From Geosiphon pyriformis uo1 (lineage: Eukaryota > Fungi > Glomeromycota): 64,000 nucleotides of DNA. Below, one piece after another: positions 47,567-60,627 of the stretch. The DNA lies in contig JAAOMT010000591.1 in NCBI GenBank assembly GCA_016748015.1, forward strand, positions 667,050 through 731,049. Reading direction: 5' to 3'. The notes beneath the pieces are model-generated. The model was not told the origin of the DNA. It saw only the letters and a list, made by a program, of their open reading frames with translations, and searched no databases. The first letter of the stretch is position 1. Every line of letters begins with the position of its first letter. Position numbers and translations under genes: made by a program.

Positions 47567-50500
47567 TTAATTTTGTCTCATTCTTGAGAGGCTATCAACA
47601 TTGGTATGTAGTTTTCTTGGTTTGTGGTGTACAATATATCTGTAGTCTGCTAGGAAGTTATTCCATCAAGACTGTTTGGCACTTTGTTCAGTTTTCTTTT
47701 TATTGAGCTATTTGAGGCCAATGTTGTCTATTATTATGTCAAATTCTTTTCCATTCTTCAGATATTGTTGAAAATGTTTAAGAGCCCAAATGACTGTGGC
47801 AGCTTCTAATTCAGTTGAGCCATATTTTAGTTTTGTTGGTTTGAGTGTTCTACTAGCATAAGCAATAACTTGTTCTTGCCTATTTTCATCTACTTGTGAT
47901 AAAATGGCACCAAATGCTATGTGTGAAGCATCAGTGGCTAATTGGAACTGTTTGTTGAAGTCTGAGTAAGCAAGAACTGGGGCTGTTGTCAATTTTGTTT
48001 TGAGAGTTTTAAAAGCTTTTTGTTGTTCTTCAGTCCATTTGTATGGCACGTTTTTGTTGGTAAGATAATTAAGTAGTTTGGCAATTTCTGAGAATTTTTT
48101 TATGAATTTTTGATAGTAAGAGGCTAATCCTACAAATCCTTTTAGTTCTGTGGTATTTCTGGAAGTTTGAAAGTTTTTGACAGCACTGATTGTTCCTGGA
48201 TTTGGTTTAACTCCATCTTTACTAACTATGTGTTCAAGAAAAATCAAGCTTGTTTTTCCAAAGTGACATTTCTCAATGTTTAACTTTAATTCTGCTTTCT
48301 GTAATCGTTAAAAAACTTCTTGCAGGTGAATGAGATGAATCTCAAAGCTTGGTGAGTATACATTAGTGTTATCAAGATAGACAACTACTGATTGTTACAA
48401 GAGTCCTTCATATACAACATTCATGAGTCGCTGGAATATTGTTGGTGCATTGCAGAGTTCAAAAGGCATAACATTAAACTCATAGTTTCCTTCCTGGGTG
48501 GTAAATGCTGATTTGGGTCGGTCTTTTGGGTCTATTTTGACTTGTTAGTATCCACTTTCCAAGTTTAAAGTTGAAAAGAACTTGGCTTTTCCTAGAGCAT
48601 TTAGCATGTTATCAATTCTTGGAAGAGGGTAAGCATTTCCAATTGTAACACTATTCAGTTGTCTATAATCAACACAGAATCTGATTTTTCCGTTTTTCTT
48701 TTTAACTAAAACTACTGGTGAGGCCCAAGGACTTTTTGATGGTTGAATCAATCTGTTATTGAGCATTTTTTGGATCTCTTCTCTGATGAATTGGTGGCTG
48801 GCAGGTGATACTTAATAAGCTTATTGTCATTTTAGTGGAGCATCTCCTGTATGGATCTGATGTTGAACAATATCCGTTTTTCCCAAGTTATTGTTGTCTT
48901 TTGCAAATATATCTGCAAATTCAGCTATCAATTGTTTTAATTGTTTTTGTTGTTGAGGTTCTAAGAGACCTATGTTGATTTGAGAAAGTTTTTTTTTCCA
49001 AAAAGTGGTAGTTTTCAGTAGTGGAAATGATATTTGGATTTGGGAGTAGAGTGTGCCTTATAATTTTGATGAAATTAGAGACAATTTGAGGGTTTTCATC
49101 TTGAAAAATATTGCTGTGTATGATTTCAATTTCTAGTTTGTTTAATAAAACAATAGGGTAATTATTGGAGTTGTAGAATATAACTCGAAATTTTTTTATT
49201 CTTTTGGGAATATAAACATTTGGAATTGAGATTTCATGCTTCAAACAGATTTGTTCATTGAATTCAAAGATTTGTTGTGTAGTGGTGGGTTTTAAACAAG
49301 TGTAAATTTCGTGATGTTCTCCAAAAGGTGAAATGGTAATTGGCTGGAAAAGTTGAAGAATCTGGTGAGATTTATTTTGTGTATTAAGAGTTATGTTTAC
49401 TGGAACTGTAAATTGTCCAGTTGAACCAAAACCTTGAGTTCCTCTTTCACTTTTTCCCAATTGTTCTCTGTTGTTTACTGATTGTAAACCCGAAATGTTG
49501 ATTAAGAGTAAGTAAATTGCTTGAACAATTTTTTCAGCATGTTCAATTTTGAATGGTTTGTTTGTCTCATTCTGTAACATGATGGTAATGTCTCCAGTAT
49601 ATCCTGCATCTATAACTCCTCTTCTAATATTGATTCCTTTGCTTGCCAATGATGATCTGGAGGCAATTTGAACCATTGCTCCTGGTGGAATTTCAAGAGC
49701 AATTTTGAGATTGATTTTTGTTAAGGACTTTGGTTGAAAAACCAAAGTATCTTTTCCTGGGTATCTTAGGTCATATCCAGCATCAATTTCGTGTGCTTTT
49801 TTTGGTCTAATTCCTTGGCCATGGTTGTCAAAATATTTAAGTTGTAGAGGTAGTTGCTTTTCAAGAAGATAGATGGGGGTGGTTGGTAATTCTTCTACTA
49901 GTTCAGATACTCCAAATTCGATTTTATTTTTATCATTCTCATCTGGCAAAGGAATGCTAAGAGCATAACATTCTAAACACCATTGGTCATCACAAGGCAT
50001 AACACATTCTTTACACAATTGAATGTTTATTTGCTCTAATTGTTGAATTTGAGCTTCTTTGGTCAGATATGTATGGCTTGCAATTTGGTGGTAGGTTTCT
50101 ACTTCATCTTCATAATTAAATCCAGCTAATTTTATGGTATACTTAATATATTCAGCTTCTTTCATTTGGCGAACATCTTCTTGGGTGGCTCCATTGATCA
50201 ATGCCATTGCTAGGTCAAAAATCATTTCAGCATCATGAGAATAGTAGTAAAGTTTATTGAGAGCACTGTTATATGCTGCATCAAATGGTGTTCCTCTTCT
50301 GACTTTTTCTGAAATTGATAAAGCATATTGACAGGTTTGATCACATACTTCTCTTTTCATTGCTACATCAATCCATTGTATTTTTCTGGTTGCATTTTTC
50401 CACATATAAGGCAAGGTGTATTGTCCCATTTTCCACTTCTTTTTGGAAATCCAAATCATTCTCTATGGCATGCTTTGCAAAAGTAACAGGTATGAGTTTT

Positions 50501-53221
50501 ATATTCCTTTTTTGGAGAAATACATGCTCTCATTGATGAAAGTTTTTTGTTGCAATCTTTGCATTTGAGTGGAATATAGAGTGGTTGTTTCCATGGTTCT
50601 GGTGTAAAATATCTAACTTTCTTTTATCTTCTTGATTCTTCAAAAATCTTCTGTTCTGTTTCTTCAGCCCAATTGAATGTTGATCCAAGAGCCATGTAGG
50701 TTTCAGCAAGTGGCATTTCTTTCTTCTCTTCAAATTCAAATACTGGGGCTTTTTCTGATTGTTTGTTAAAGATATTACAGATTGCAGGTACTATGGTATA
50801 TTGTCTTTGGTATGAGATTTTAAGTTCTTGAGTTTTCCAGTTCAGGTTTGCATTGGCCTTGAAAAGCCAATCATTTCCGACTAGAGCTTGGTATTGGGGT
50901 GCATCCATAACAAGAATTTTAACTGGAATGGTGATTCCATTAATTGAAAAGGGGAAATTATTAATTTCTCCTACTGGAGTTTTCTTCATACTATTAGCTG
51001 TGACAATAACTGTTTGAGCTGGTCTGTCTACATTTCATTTAAGTTGTTGCATTAGCTGGTAAGTAATGATACTTCCAGCCGATCCACTATCTAAGATTAA
51101 GTGAATGGGTTTTCTTTCACTATAGCTTCTGTGTACATAGCAGTAATTGTTTTTTGTTCATTGACTGCTGTATTACTAAGCAGAAATGGTGATTCATTTG
51201 CTTCAAATTCAAATGAAAATATATTTGACAGATTGGCATTTTGGGCAATTTGAGCTGGTAAAATGGTGTGGTTGGAAGGGTTTGATCTTGGTGCTGCAAC
51301 TTCATCTTCAAAAGGTGCAGTTTGTTGAAAATCCGATTTCTCTGGTATTGTAAGATAACTGGGTTGAGTATGATAGTGATTGGGTCTTTGCTGACCAGAA
51401 TTTTGGGGAACCAACTAGTTATTTGGATTGATTCTGTTGTGGTTACTCTGCAATTAATTTTGGGGTGTGAATTGGTTATGTTGAACCAATCTTCTTGCTG
51501 GTACTTGATATTGTTGAGTGGGTGGTGTCTAATATGGCTGAATTGGTAAAGGTTGCTGATATTGTTGCTGCATTGATTGTGGAGCTGGTGAATAGTAACT
51601 GTTTTGATTTTGTGGTCTTGGTAAATAATAAATTGGTGGTGAAGATTGGTAATAGAATTGTTGTGGTAAAGAATAACGTTGATTACTCCTGTTTTGTTGG
51701 TCTCTTTGTAATTTCCTACAATCTCGTTTCCAGTGCTCTGGAATTCCACAATAATAACAATTTTGAGATTGGTTGTTGGATGATGATCCAAAATTGTTTT
51801 GGTTGCGTCATTGTGGGGGTTGATATTTTTGTGGTTGTTGTTGCTGTTGTTGTTGGTTTGTAAAGTAGCTTTCAACTTTTTTTGTGAGTTGGTCTATCTT
51901 TTCTTTAGCTGCTGAGCTGGTTTCTCCAATTGCAAGGTTTATAAGCCTGGTGTGATTTGCTTCTTCCATTGCCATTTCATAGCTTTTTGCATGTCTAATA
52001 GCAGTTGCTAAATCTGCTGGAGCATGTGGACAGACTTTCTTAATCAGTTTGTTTTTTAACCCTGCTATAAACTGATTCAAAATTTGAGCATCAGAATAGT
52101 AGTTATTAGTTTCCAATTGTCGGATTTGTCTGAAAAGTTTGTTAAATTTTTCAAGATAGGTTATAACAGTTTTAGATGTTTCTTGTTTGATATTGCAAAA
52201 GCAGTTTCTGAGAGTAATAGAGGTATTGTTGTTGGCAAATTGTTGTAGAAAAGCATCTTTGAATGCTTGCCAGTTTTCAAATGGTTTTTCTAAGTTTTCA
52301 AACCATTCTTCTGCTGTTCCTTGGAGAAAGTAGGGAATTGCTTTGAGCATTCTTGCTGCAATCCAACTATTTGCATCTCCTGCTTTTTGAACTTTGTCAA
52401 GCCATTTTTGAGGACTGGTATTATTGTCTTTAACAGTGAATTCTGGGATTTTTGCAATGTAAGCAGCTGCCATTTCTTTTTTGTTTTCTGTAATTTCTTC
52501 TGGTTTTGATTCAGTTTCTTCACTTTTCAAGCTTTCTGAGTGATTATTTTTGTTTTCCTGTAAGTAATCAATGATATTGGCACTTGTTGATATTGGTTCT
52601 TGTTGTTGAGTAGGATTTCTAGGTAACTGAAAATCTTCTGGTCTAGAAAAATGTTTAAGTGGTGAACTTGGTGTTTGTGGTTGAACAAATGAAATTGGAA
52701 ATAGTGTAATAGAAAGTGGTAATTTGACACTGGTTTCTTGTTCAGGTGTTTACAAGTGTTTGGCAGTTGTCTTTTGTAGTGTTGGAGTGTTTGGAGTGGT
52801 TCTTGAGTATTGCTTCAATCTTTGTTTGCCTTTGTTGCTTGTTTTTGTCTCTGATTCAAAGTCAAAAGAGTATTTAAACTGTATTGGGTATTTTTCTTCA
52901 CAATACTCAATAATGTTAAAATTAAGTTCTTGGAAGTAAGTAGCAAGTGTTTTACTGTTCAGGTCTTCTGTTTCCAATTGTGAATAGTGCACTAAATTAT
53001 TGTAGAGGTTGCTTCTAACTTCTGAAATGTTGTAGTTTCCAAAAAGATAATTGTTGATGCAGTTTTCAATGTATTGGTATACTGATTTCTTGACAACTTT
53101 AATTCCGTTTGGAATGTTGAATTTTTGCTTGCAGTGGGTGTAAATTGACTGGTAATACTCTAGAGTTGCTGTGTCTGGTGTGGTTGCCACTTTGAATTTG
53201 TTGTTGCTGTGTTATTTCCAT
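47567..53221 (-). pseudogene. gag-pol of element D (gag, CCHC, PR, Cys-rich domain, dUTPase, RT, RNase H)
   Basis: WLDKVQKAGDANSW, CYYCGIP.HWKRDC, LDSGSAG, AGYDL/RSS/GVIDAGYTG/RGTQGFGSTG, SPWASPVVLV, YLDN, TDAS. Confidence 0.9.
49416..49830 (-). other. dUTPase domain within Fam1 pol (homologous domain in E at ~10600-11001)
   Basis: All five trimeric-dUTPase motifs in order: AGYDL, RSS, GVIDAGYTG, IVQ, RGTQGFGSTG. Confidence 0.93.
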
Positions 53222-56200
53222 GGGAGAGCACCAAATGTTACCGAAGGTTTTTGGTCTCTTTTCTTGAATGTTGTAACTGTTTTGTGTTGGAAATTCACGT
53301 TTTCTAGAAGTAGTTGAACCTCCAATAACTGAATTTATCTTCAAATTATCTCTTATAATTTGAACTGCTGGGGCTTATAAGTGGAATGGCCAATTCCATG
53401 CCAGTTACTTTATGTAGTTAAGTTGTAGTAAATGTCAACTCTTTTCCAGGAATTGCTCATCTGGAAGCTCACTAAAAATGTGTAGTTACTTTGCTGTGAA
53501 AGTCAACTCTTCTACAGGAATCTTGTCTGTAGGCTATCCTAATGATTGTAATAAGAAAAGAAAAAAAAAATAAAAGAAATATAAAAGAAATAGAATTTTG
53601 TCAAGGAAAATGTTTTCTATCCAGGCCTGGAGTTACTAACAGTTTATTGAAATTGGTAGCTAATCAATTTCAAAACGTTAGTTGTGTGAAGGAAATTTCA
53701 AGTGTAATAATTTAAGAATTTGGTTTTTCAAATATTTAATTTTTATTTGATTTTGTAAAAGGTGATTTGTTTCAATTAAGATATTTAAAATAAGATACTA
53801 TGGTAAGGTACTATGAGAAGATACATTTTCTTGAAGAGAAAACCTCTTCTTTTATAAAACTTGTTGTAGTACTAGTCTATAAACTTGCACTTTTTTTCTT
53901 TGCTCAAATTTTGGCAAACTAAAGATACATTTTGATGAACTACAAGTTATTTCGCTGAACTATTGATTAATTTGGATGAACTATTCATAATTTCGGCGAA
54001 TTTCTGTAAATTTCGGCGAATTTCTTTTAAATTTCGGCGAATTTTAGAATGTTACAAAGTTCAGGATATTGTGTAATTTGATCATTCTACTTTCCGTTAT
54101 ACTAATTAGATTATATTAATTGAATCGTGATATGTAATAATTGATTAAATAATAAATGATAATTTAAAATAATATTAATATACTAATTAATTATAGGAAT
54201 TATAAGAGTAATTTTATGCTAATTAATAGCTAAAATTCTACTGGTAACAGCAGCTAATATATGTAATAATTAATAAGAAATATAGGTCTCAACTGTAACA
54301 TTATTCTTTCCAAAGAGATTGAGCTTTAGCAAAATCAAGCTATTCATGATGTAATCTATTTGAAGAGTTTTATCTAATTCAAAGCTAACTAATTTGTTGA
54401 AGTTTTTTGTGGATAAGATATATAATACTTAAGATGAAATAAGTTTTGTATTTAAGAGACCAAATCTTTGTATTAGAATTTTGGCTTTTTTAACAATAGT
54501 TAAAACTCTTGGGATATCTAATTATATAATGTCCAAAATTTTTGTCTGTATCTCTGAAGTTGTTTTCTTCATAAGTTTTATATCTTTTATGATTTTTTCA
54601 AGGCGACCATAGAGTTTTAATTGCCTTCCATATAACAAATTTTTGTTTATGAATAAGATTTCTTGGATAGTTTTTCCAATTGTGTAGAAAGTAAGAATAT
54701 AACTGCTGTTATACTTTCTAACAGATATTTATCTATTTTGCTACCAATTTTTTCTCTTTTAATAGTGGTTTTTTTAGGTCTAATAACAGTATGTGTTCCA
54801 TTGTTATCAGTTATAGTGGTTTGTTTTCCAATGATCAGAGTAACATTTGGATAGTTTTTGATCCATTACTCAGAAAAAATATAGAAAGCATTTTGAATGT
54901 TTTGATCCAGAAAATAATTATTTATGTTGATTAAAGATACCTTTGTTTTGGAAATGGTGCATTTATTTATACTTGATTTTTGTTAATTATTTGGGTCAGT
55001 ATTATTACAACAAACAACCAATTAGGTCGTTTATGATATTTCTTGAATTGTGTACTATAAACAGAATGATCATTAAAGATTGTTCTGAATTGATCTTGAA
55101 AAATATAAGAACTATTGTTCAAAACTTTGTTAATTATAAAGAGTTCTTTCTATTAGCTAAAAGATTTATTATCATAGACATTGTCTTTGTCTAAATGGTA
55201 TTCCAATACCAAGTTACCAACACTTAAAAAAAATGTTTTATAGGTTTTCTTTTTCTTAAGCTTTTCTTGAAACTGTTTTATTTTTTCCAAAGCAATTATT
55301 CATGCTTTTACCAAAAAGTCAAGAATAATATTAAGTCTTCTTTGTAAAATGTTTTTGTAATTTTCTATTGTAATTTCTTCAAAGAGTATTGTTTTAATGT
55401 TAATTTTTATTGGTAGTATTGTCATGCATTTATAAAGCAGATAAAAAGATTTATAACTTGTTATGTCATGATTCACAGTTCTATAAGCAAACAAAGCTGA
55501 AAACAGTATTTTGTCCCATAAGTTTGTTTCTTTATTGGTTTTGGCCAGAGTTTTACATAGTGTTTTATTAAAACATTCTACTAAGCCATTTGTTTGAAGG
55601 TAGTAAGGAGAAGAAAGTTTATGACATATTCCCATTTTTCTATAAAGTTCTTCAACCAGTGTATTAAGAAAAACTCTTCCTCTATCAAATAAAAGTTTTT
55701 TAAACAGCCATAATGGCAGATAATATTTTCATAAATGAAATTGGCTATTGAGACTGCTATTTGGTCTGAAGTAGCTCTTGCTTCTATCTACTTTGTAAGA
55801 TAGTTGGTAGCTGTAATAATATATCTGTTGTTATTAAAAGTTATTGTTAAAAGTCCAACAACATCTATACCAATTTTGTCAAATGATTGACCAACAGAAA
55901 TTGGATGGATATCTTTTTTGCAATTGGGTTTGTCTCTTCTTTGGCAGATGTTACAAATTTTAATGTATTCAGCAATATCTTTTTCTAAGATAGGCCAATA
56001 ATAGTGAGCTAAAGTTTTCTGAATTGTTTTTGTTTTTCCAAAGTGTCTAGCTAATGTATTAGTATACATGTTGTATATTATAATTTTTCTTTTTTCAAAT
56101 CTGATGACTTTCTAAGAATGATCAGAATCTTTTCTGTTTCTTTTATATAATTGGTTCTGACAGATCAAATAGAAATTTTATTGTTTGTACAAATGTTCTC

Positions 56201-59200
56201 TTTGCTGTTAAGTGTATTTTGGTGGGTATTGTCCTTTATCCAAAAATTTTATTAAGACAAAGTAGTTGTTTAAGTCTATTATCATGTTTGTTAAAAGGGG
56301 AGTTACTAATAAATAAGGTGAGTTGGTTTAAAAAGCTTGTACTATTACTAGATGGTAAGTTTAAAAAAACGTTAGCATTTTGATGATTTGCTCCTTTGTG
56401 GTATTAAATATTATAGTTAAATTCATCCAAATAGAGTATTTAATGAGTTATTTGTTTGTGTTCCAGCTTTTTTTTATTGCACAGCCAAACCAAAACTTGA
56501 TGATCTGTTACCACTAAAAATTTTACATCAAGAAGATATTAATCCCAGTAACTAGTAGCTTAAACTACTGTTAAACATTCTTGTTCAGTTACTGAATAGT
56601 TCTTTTTTGCTGGTGTGAGAGATCTATTGGCATATGCTATAGCATGTTTTCTGCCATTTTCATCTTTTTATAAGAGGACAGCACCAAGTCTATAGCCAGA
56701 TGTATTAGTGTGAAGGATAAAAGATTGGTCCAAATCAGATTGCTTAAGAATTGGTTTAGTAACAAGTTTTTCTTTCAGATTTTCAAAAGTTTTTTGTTGA
56801 TAAGTGCCTTAGTAATAATTGACATTTTTTCTGAGTGGCTGATTAAGAAAAAAGATAATTTTGGAGAAATCTTTAATAAATTTGCAATAGTAGAAAACCA
56901 AACCAAGGAAAGAGTGTAGTTCAGAAACATTTATTGGTTGTCTAATATTCTGAACTTTTTCAACTTTAGCTGGATTAAAGAAAATTCCATCTTTTGTAAT
57001 AAGATAACCAAAAAACTGGATGGATTGATGTTTAAAAAAAGATTTGATTAGGTTTATCTTAAGACCAGCATTTCTGAGCAGGTTAAAAACTTTTTGTAAG
57101 TATTCAAGATGTTCATTCCAAGTTTTTGAGTATACTATTATGTTGTTTAAGTAGACTAGAACAAAGTTTTTTTTTACTGATTTAAATACTTTGTCCATTA
57201 GGCTTTAAAAGATGGGAAAAGCATTGGTGAAACCAAAAGACATGACTGTGAATTTATAGATGTCATACTTAATGATAAAGACAGTTTTTTTTCTGCTTTC
57301 CAGATCTATTTCTACTTGCCAGAATTCAGCAATTAAGTCAATGGTTAAAAAAAAAGCAACACTATTGAATTTATCTAGCATTGTATTAATTTTGGGGAAT
57401 AAGTACATATCTCTTATAATGATGACATTTAATTGATGGTAATCAACACAGAAGCATAGGGTTTCATCTTTCTTGGATATTACTACAACTGAAAAAGCTT
57501 ATTCACTCTTAGTTTTTTGTATAAATCCAAGATTTTTCATTCAGTTTATCTCTTTTTTGATGAACTCATTATTGTGTTGATTGAATTGATAAAGTTTTAA
57601 ATAGATGGGATGAGTTTCTTTTGTGGTAATAATGTGTTGTATTACATGAGTTTATCTAGAAATATCACCTTCTTTTGAAATAACTGGGCTATTTTTAGCC
57701 AACAAATTTTCAATGTCCATTTTTTTTTCTTTAGGGGAAGGTTTTTTTTGTTCTGTAACTAGTGATTAGATTTTAGGTGGTTTATTCTTAAAGAACTTTT
57801 GTACTTCTTTTAGTTCTTTTCTGAGTATCAAACTAATTGGTTCCCAATTTTTGTAATAGATTAGACAGAACTTGTATTTATTATTAGAAGAATACAAAGG
57901 TTTATTACACCAACACCTGGCACAAGAACTATGTCACCAATAACTGTATTTTGCTTTCTTGCCAGATTTTCTATCAAAAGTTTTTCTGAGGATATCATAG
58001 TAGAGCCAGCAGATCAGCTTGTCATTTACCATGATTTTTTTTTGCCAACTTTAATATTATCCAGTGGCTTGCCATTACTGGTGAAGATAGTATAGGCAAA
58101 TTTAGCAGTTTTTTTTTGTTCTTCTTGATCTTTTTTTTTATTATTTTCATTATTATCTAATTCATCTAATTGTTCTTCTTCTTGGTTTTGCTTGGATATT
58201 GGAGGGGTTGTCCAATGACAGTACTTAACTACCATGGACTTCTTATCACACCTAATGATTAGTTTACAAAGTTCATAGTCAAGTAGTGCTTTGGTTTTTT
58301 TAAGCCACTTATTACCAACAATGATGATGTATTTTTTTGCTTTAAATACTTCCATGTTAGTTTCAATGCTAATACCATTAATGTGAACAGGAACAACTTT
58401 GGCTATGTTCAGGCTTTTTTTTTGTTACTATGTACATTGGTCATAAATCAAGTAGAAAGTTCATCAATTTTTTTTCTAATGGCTTCTAAAAAGTGTTTGG
58501 CAATTACACTAACAGATAATCCACTGTCTAAAATCAAATCAATAAAGTAACCAGCCACTTGAACTTTGCAAATCAGAAAAGTAACATTGCTGATGTCAGT
58601 AAGTTCAGCTTGATGGAGGTGTTTGTTGGTTTTTAGTGTTTTTTTCTTTGGTATTAATGATTTGTGAAGATTTTTTCTGAACTGTGGATGGGTTATAGTT
58701 GGCCAAATGTAATATATGCTGGGATTTCCATGAGATTTTTAACAACAGAATAGGGGCCAGATTTTTGTACTATTTCTGAGAGTTTTAACTTTGGAGAATT
58801 TTTAAAAACTTTAGCCTTTAATGGCTCATTGTTATTAGCAGTTGATTTAGATACTTTGTTTGGGTCCAAAACGAAATTAACCTTGGCTTTTTTCTTTTTT
58901 TTTGTTGATTCAGAGGTGTTAATTGCTAGTTTATTTATATTATGGTTATCATCAATTAGGTTAAAAGTGTAAAAGAGATTTTTTTCTGGTTGGCTTGCAC
59001 TCTTACCCTTTGGAGGTGCACCTACCAGTTTAAAGATTAATAAACAGTAGCTTTAATTAGGGAATTCTCTTCAAAGAAATTGATGTTGGCATGATTAAAT
59101 CTTTAATTGGGGGCATTGTTGTTGATAGTTCTGTTGTTTTAATTATCATTGTTTTTAGGAGCTGGAGGTGGCAGAGAAGAATTGTTGCAATCTCTTGAGA

Positions 59201-60627
59201 AATGTCCAGTTAATTCACAGTAGTAGCACACAGGTGGGCCATGATTTTGCTGTCTTTAATAAGAAGGCTGCTAAGGCTAATTAAAACATAGTTTAAATCT
59301 AGGTCTTTGTGGTTGCTAATTGTTTCTGACTGTTTGGGCTAATGGTTCTAATAGCCAAGTAAGATTTGCTGTAAGTCTATCTATCAACTGTTTATTGGAG
59401 TCTTGAGTTTGGACAGCAAAAAAAGTAGCAGTCATTTGTGAAGCAAAAGCCATAACAGGAGCAGGAGCAAAAACTGTTAGTGTGAATTCCAAATGCATCC
59501 TTTGGTTGTCTTTAATTTGTTGGGCTAGTTCAATGGCCATATTTATTATGGGATTGTCTTTTAGAGCCAAGAGAGACCAAAAAGCATATGAAAGATCAGT
59601 TCTCAATCTTTTTGTAAAGGAATAAATCTTTTGTTTTTCTGTTTAATTCCTTCCAAAATCTACTTGCTTAATTAGTTTTTTAATGACTTTGGCATATTCA
59701 GTCACAACTTCACCAGAGCCTTGAGTTCTTCTTTCTAATTCTATATGCCATTTTGAGATTAAAATAAGAGTTCTAAATTTAGTTTCAAATCAGGTTGTAA
59801 AAGAAGTGTTTTCTTCTCCAGCATTTGTTTGTGTCCATCTAATAATTCTTTGGTGAGCACCAGTATTGGTTTTTTGTGAGAACCAAGTAGCAGAAAAGCT
59901 TTAAAAGTAGCCACCAATGATTTAGAACATATATTTATTATTATATTGGTTGAATATAGCAGTTTTTTCAAAGTCATCTAATTATTCAATTAAATCTTGT
60001 GTGTCATCTTTAAATAAAGATAGTGGAGTGTTATTTTTTTATTCTAAAGCAGTTTGTATGTCTTGAAGGGCAATCAGAATGTTTTGTTGTATGGGATTAT
60101 TAGCTATTAGTTTAGGAGTAACTGTTTTTGTGGAATGTTCTAATTCACTTTAAAAGAAATCAAAAATAGGAACAGTTTGATAGCTTTCTTCTTCTGTTTC
60201 AAAGGGGGTTTCAGATAGCTAATGAGCAGCAATCCAGATGTGAATTTGGTAATTCAGGTATTCAGAATTAGGGAGCTGTTGTTCAAAAGTTGTGAAGTAT
60301 AAAAGCTAATTGATGCTGTTGTTTTTTTCTTTAAAGTTGTTTTCAAAATAAGCTTGGTCAAAATAATAGGTTGTATAAGCTGTATAGGTTTTAGCTAAAT
60401 GCTTATTCAGGAACCAGTTCCAAAAGTTTTGGAATTGTCTATTGGATTGTTTTTTAATGGAAAAACAAATCAAGCAAGGGGGCAAAGGATTGAGTTCAAT
60501 AAAGTCTAGATTATTTTTGTTGTGTGTTTCAAAGTATTCTTCTGATTATTATGGCAGATATAAATAATTACCCGCACAATAAGAAACAAAGTGAATTTTG
60601 ACAACCTTACAGAAAGCACTACTTTTA

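Larger units (their letters stand above)
42412..54249 (-). mobile_element. Element D: full-length Fam1 LTR retrotransposon nested in the 3' LTR of G
   Basis: 5' LTR 53236-54249, PBS TGGTGCTCTCCC 53233-53222, PPT GAGAAGAAGATTA, 3' LTR 42412-45303 (contains a LINE). TSD GTGG/GCAG. Confidence 0.93.
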
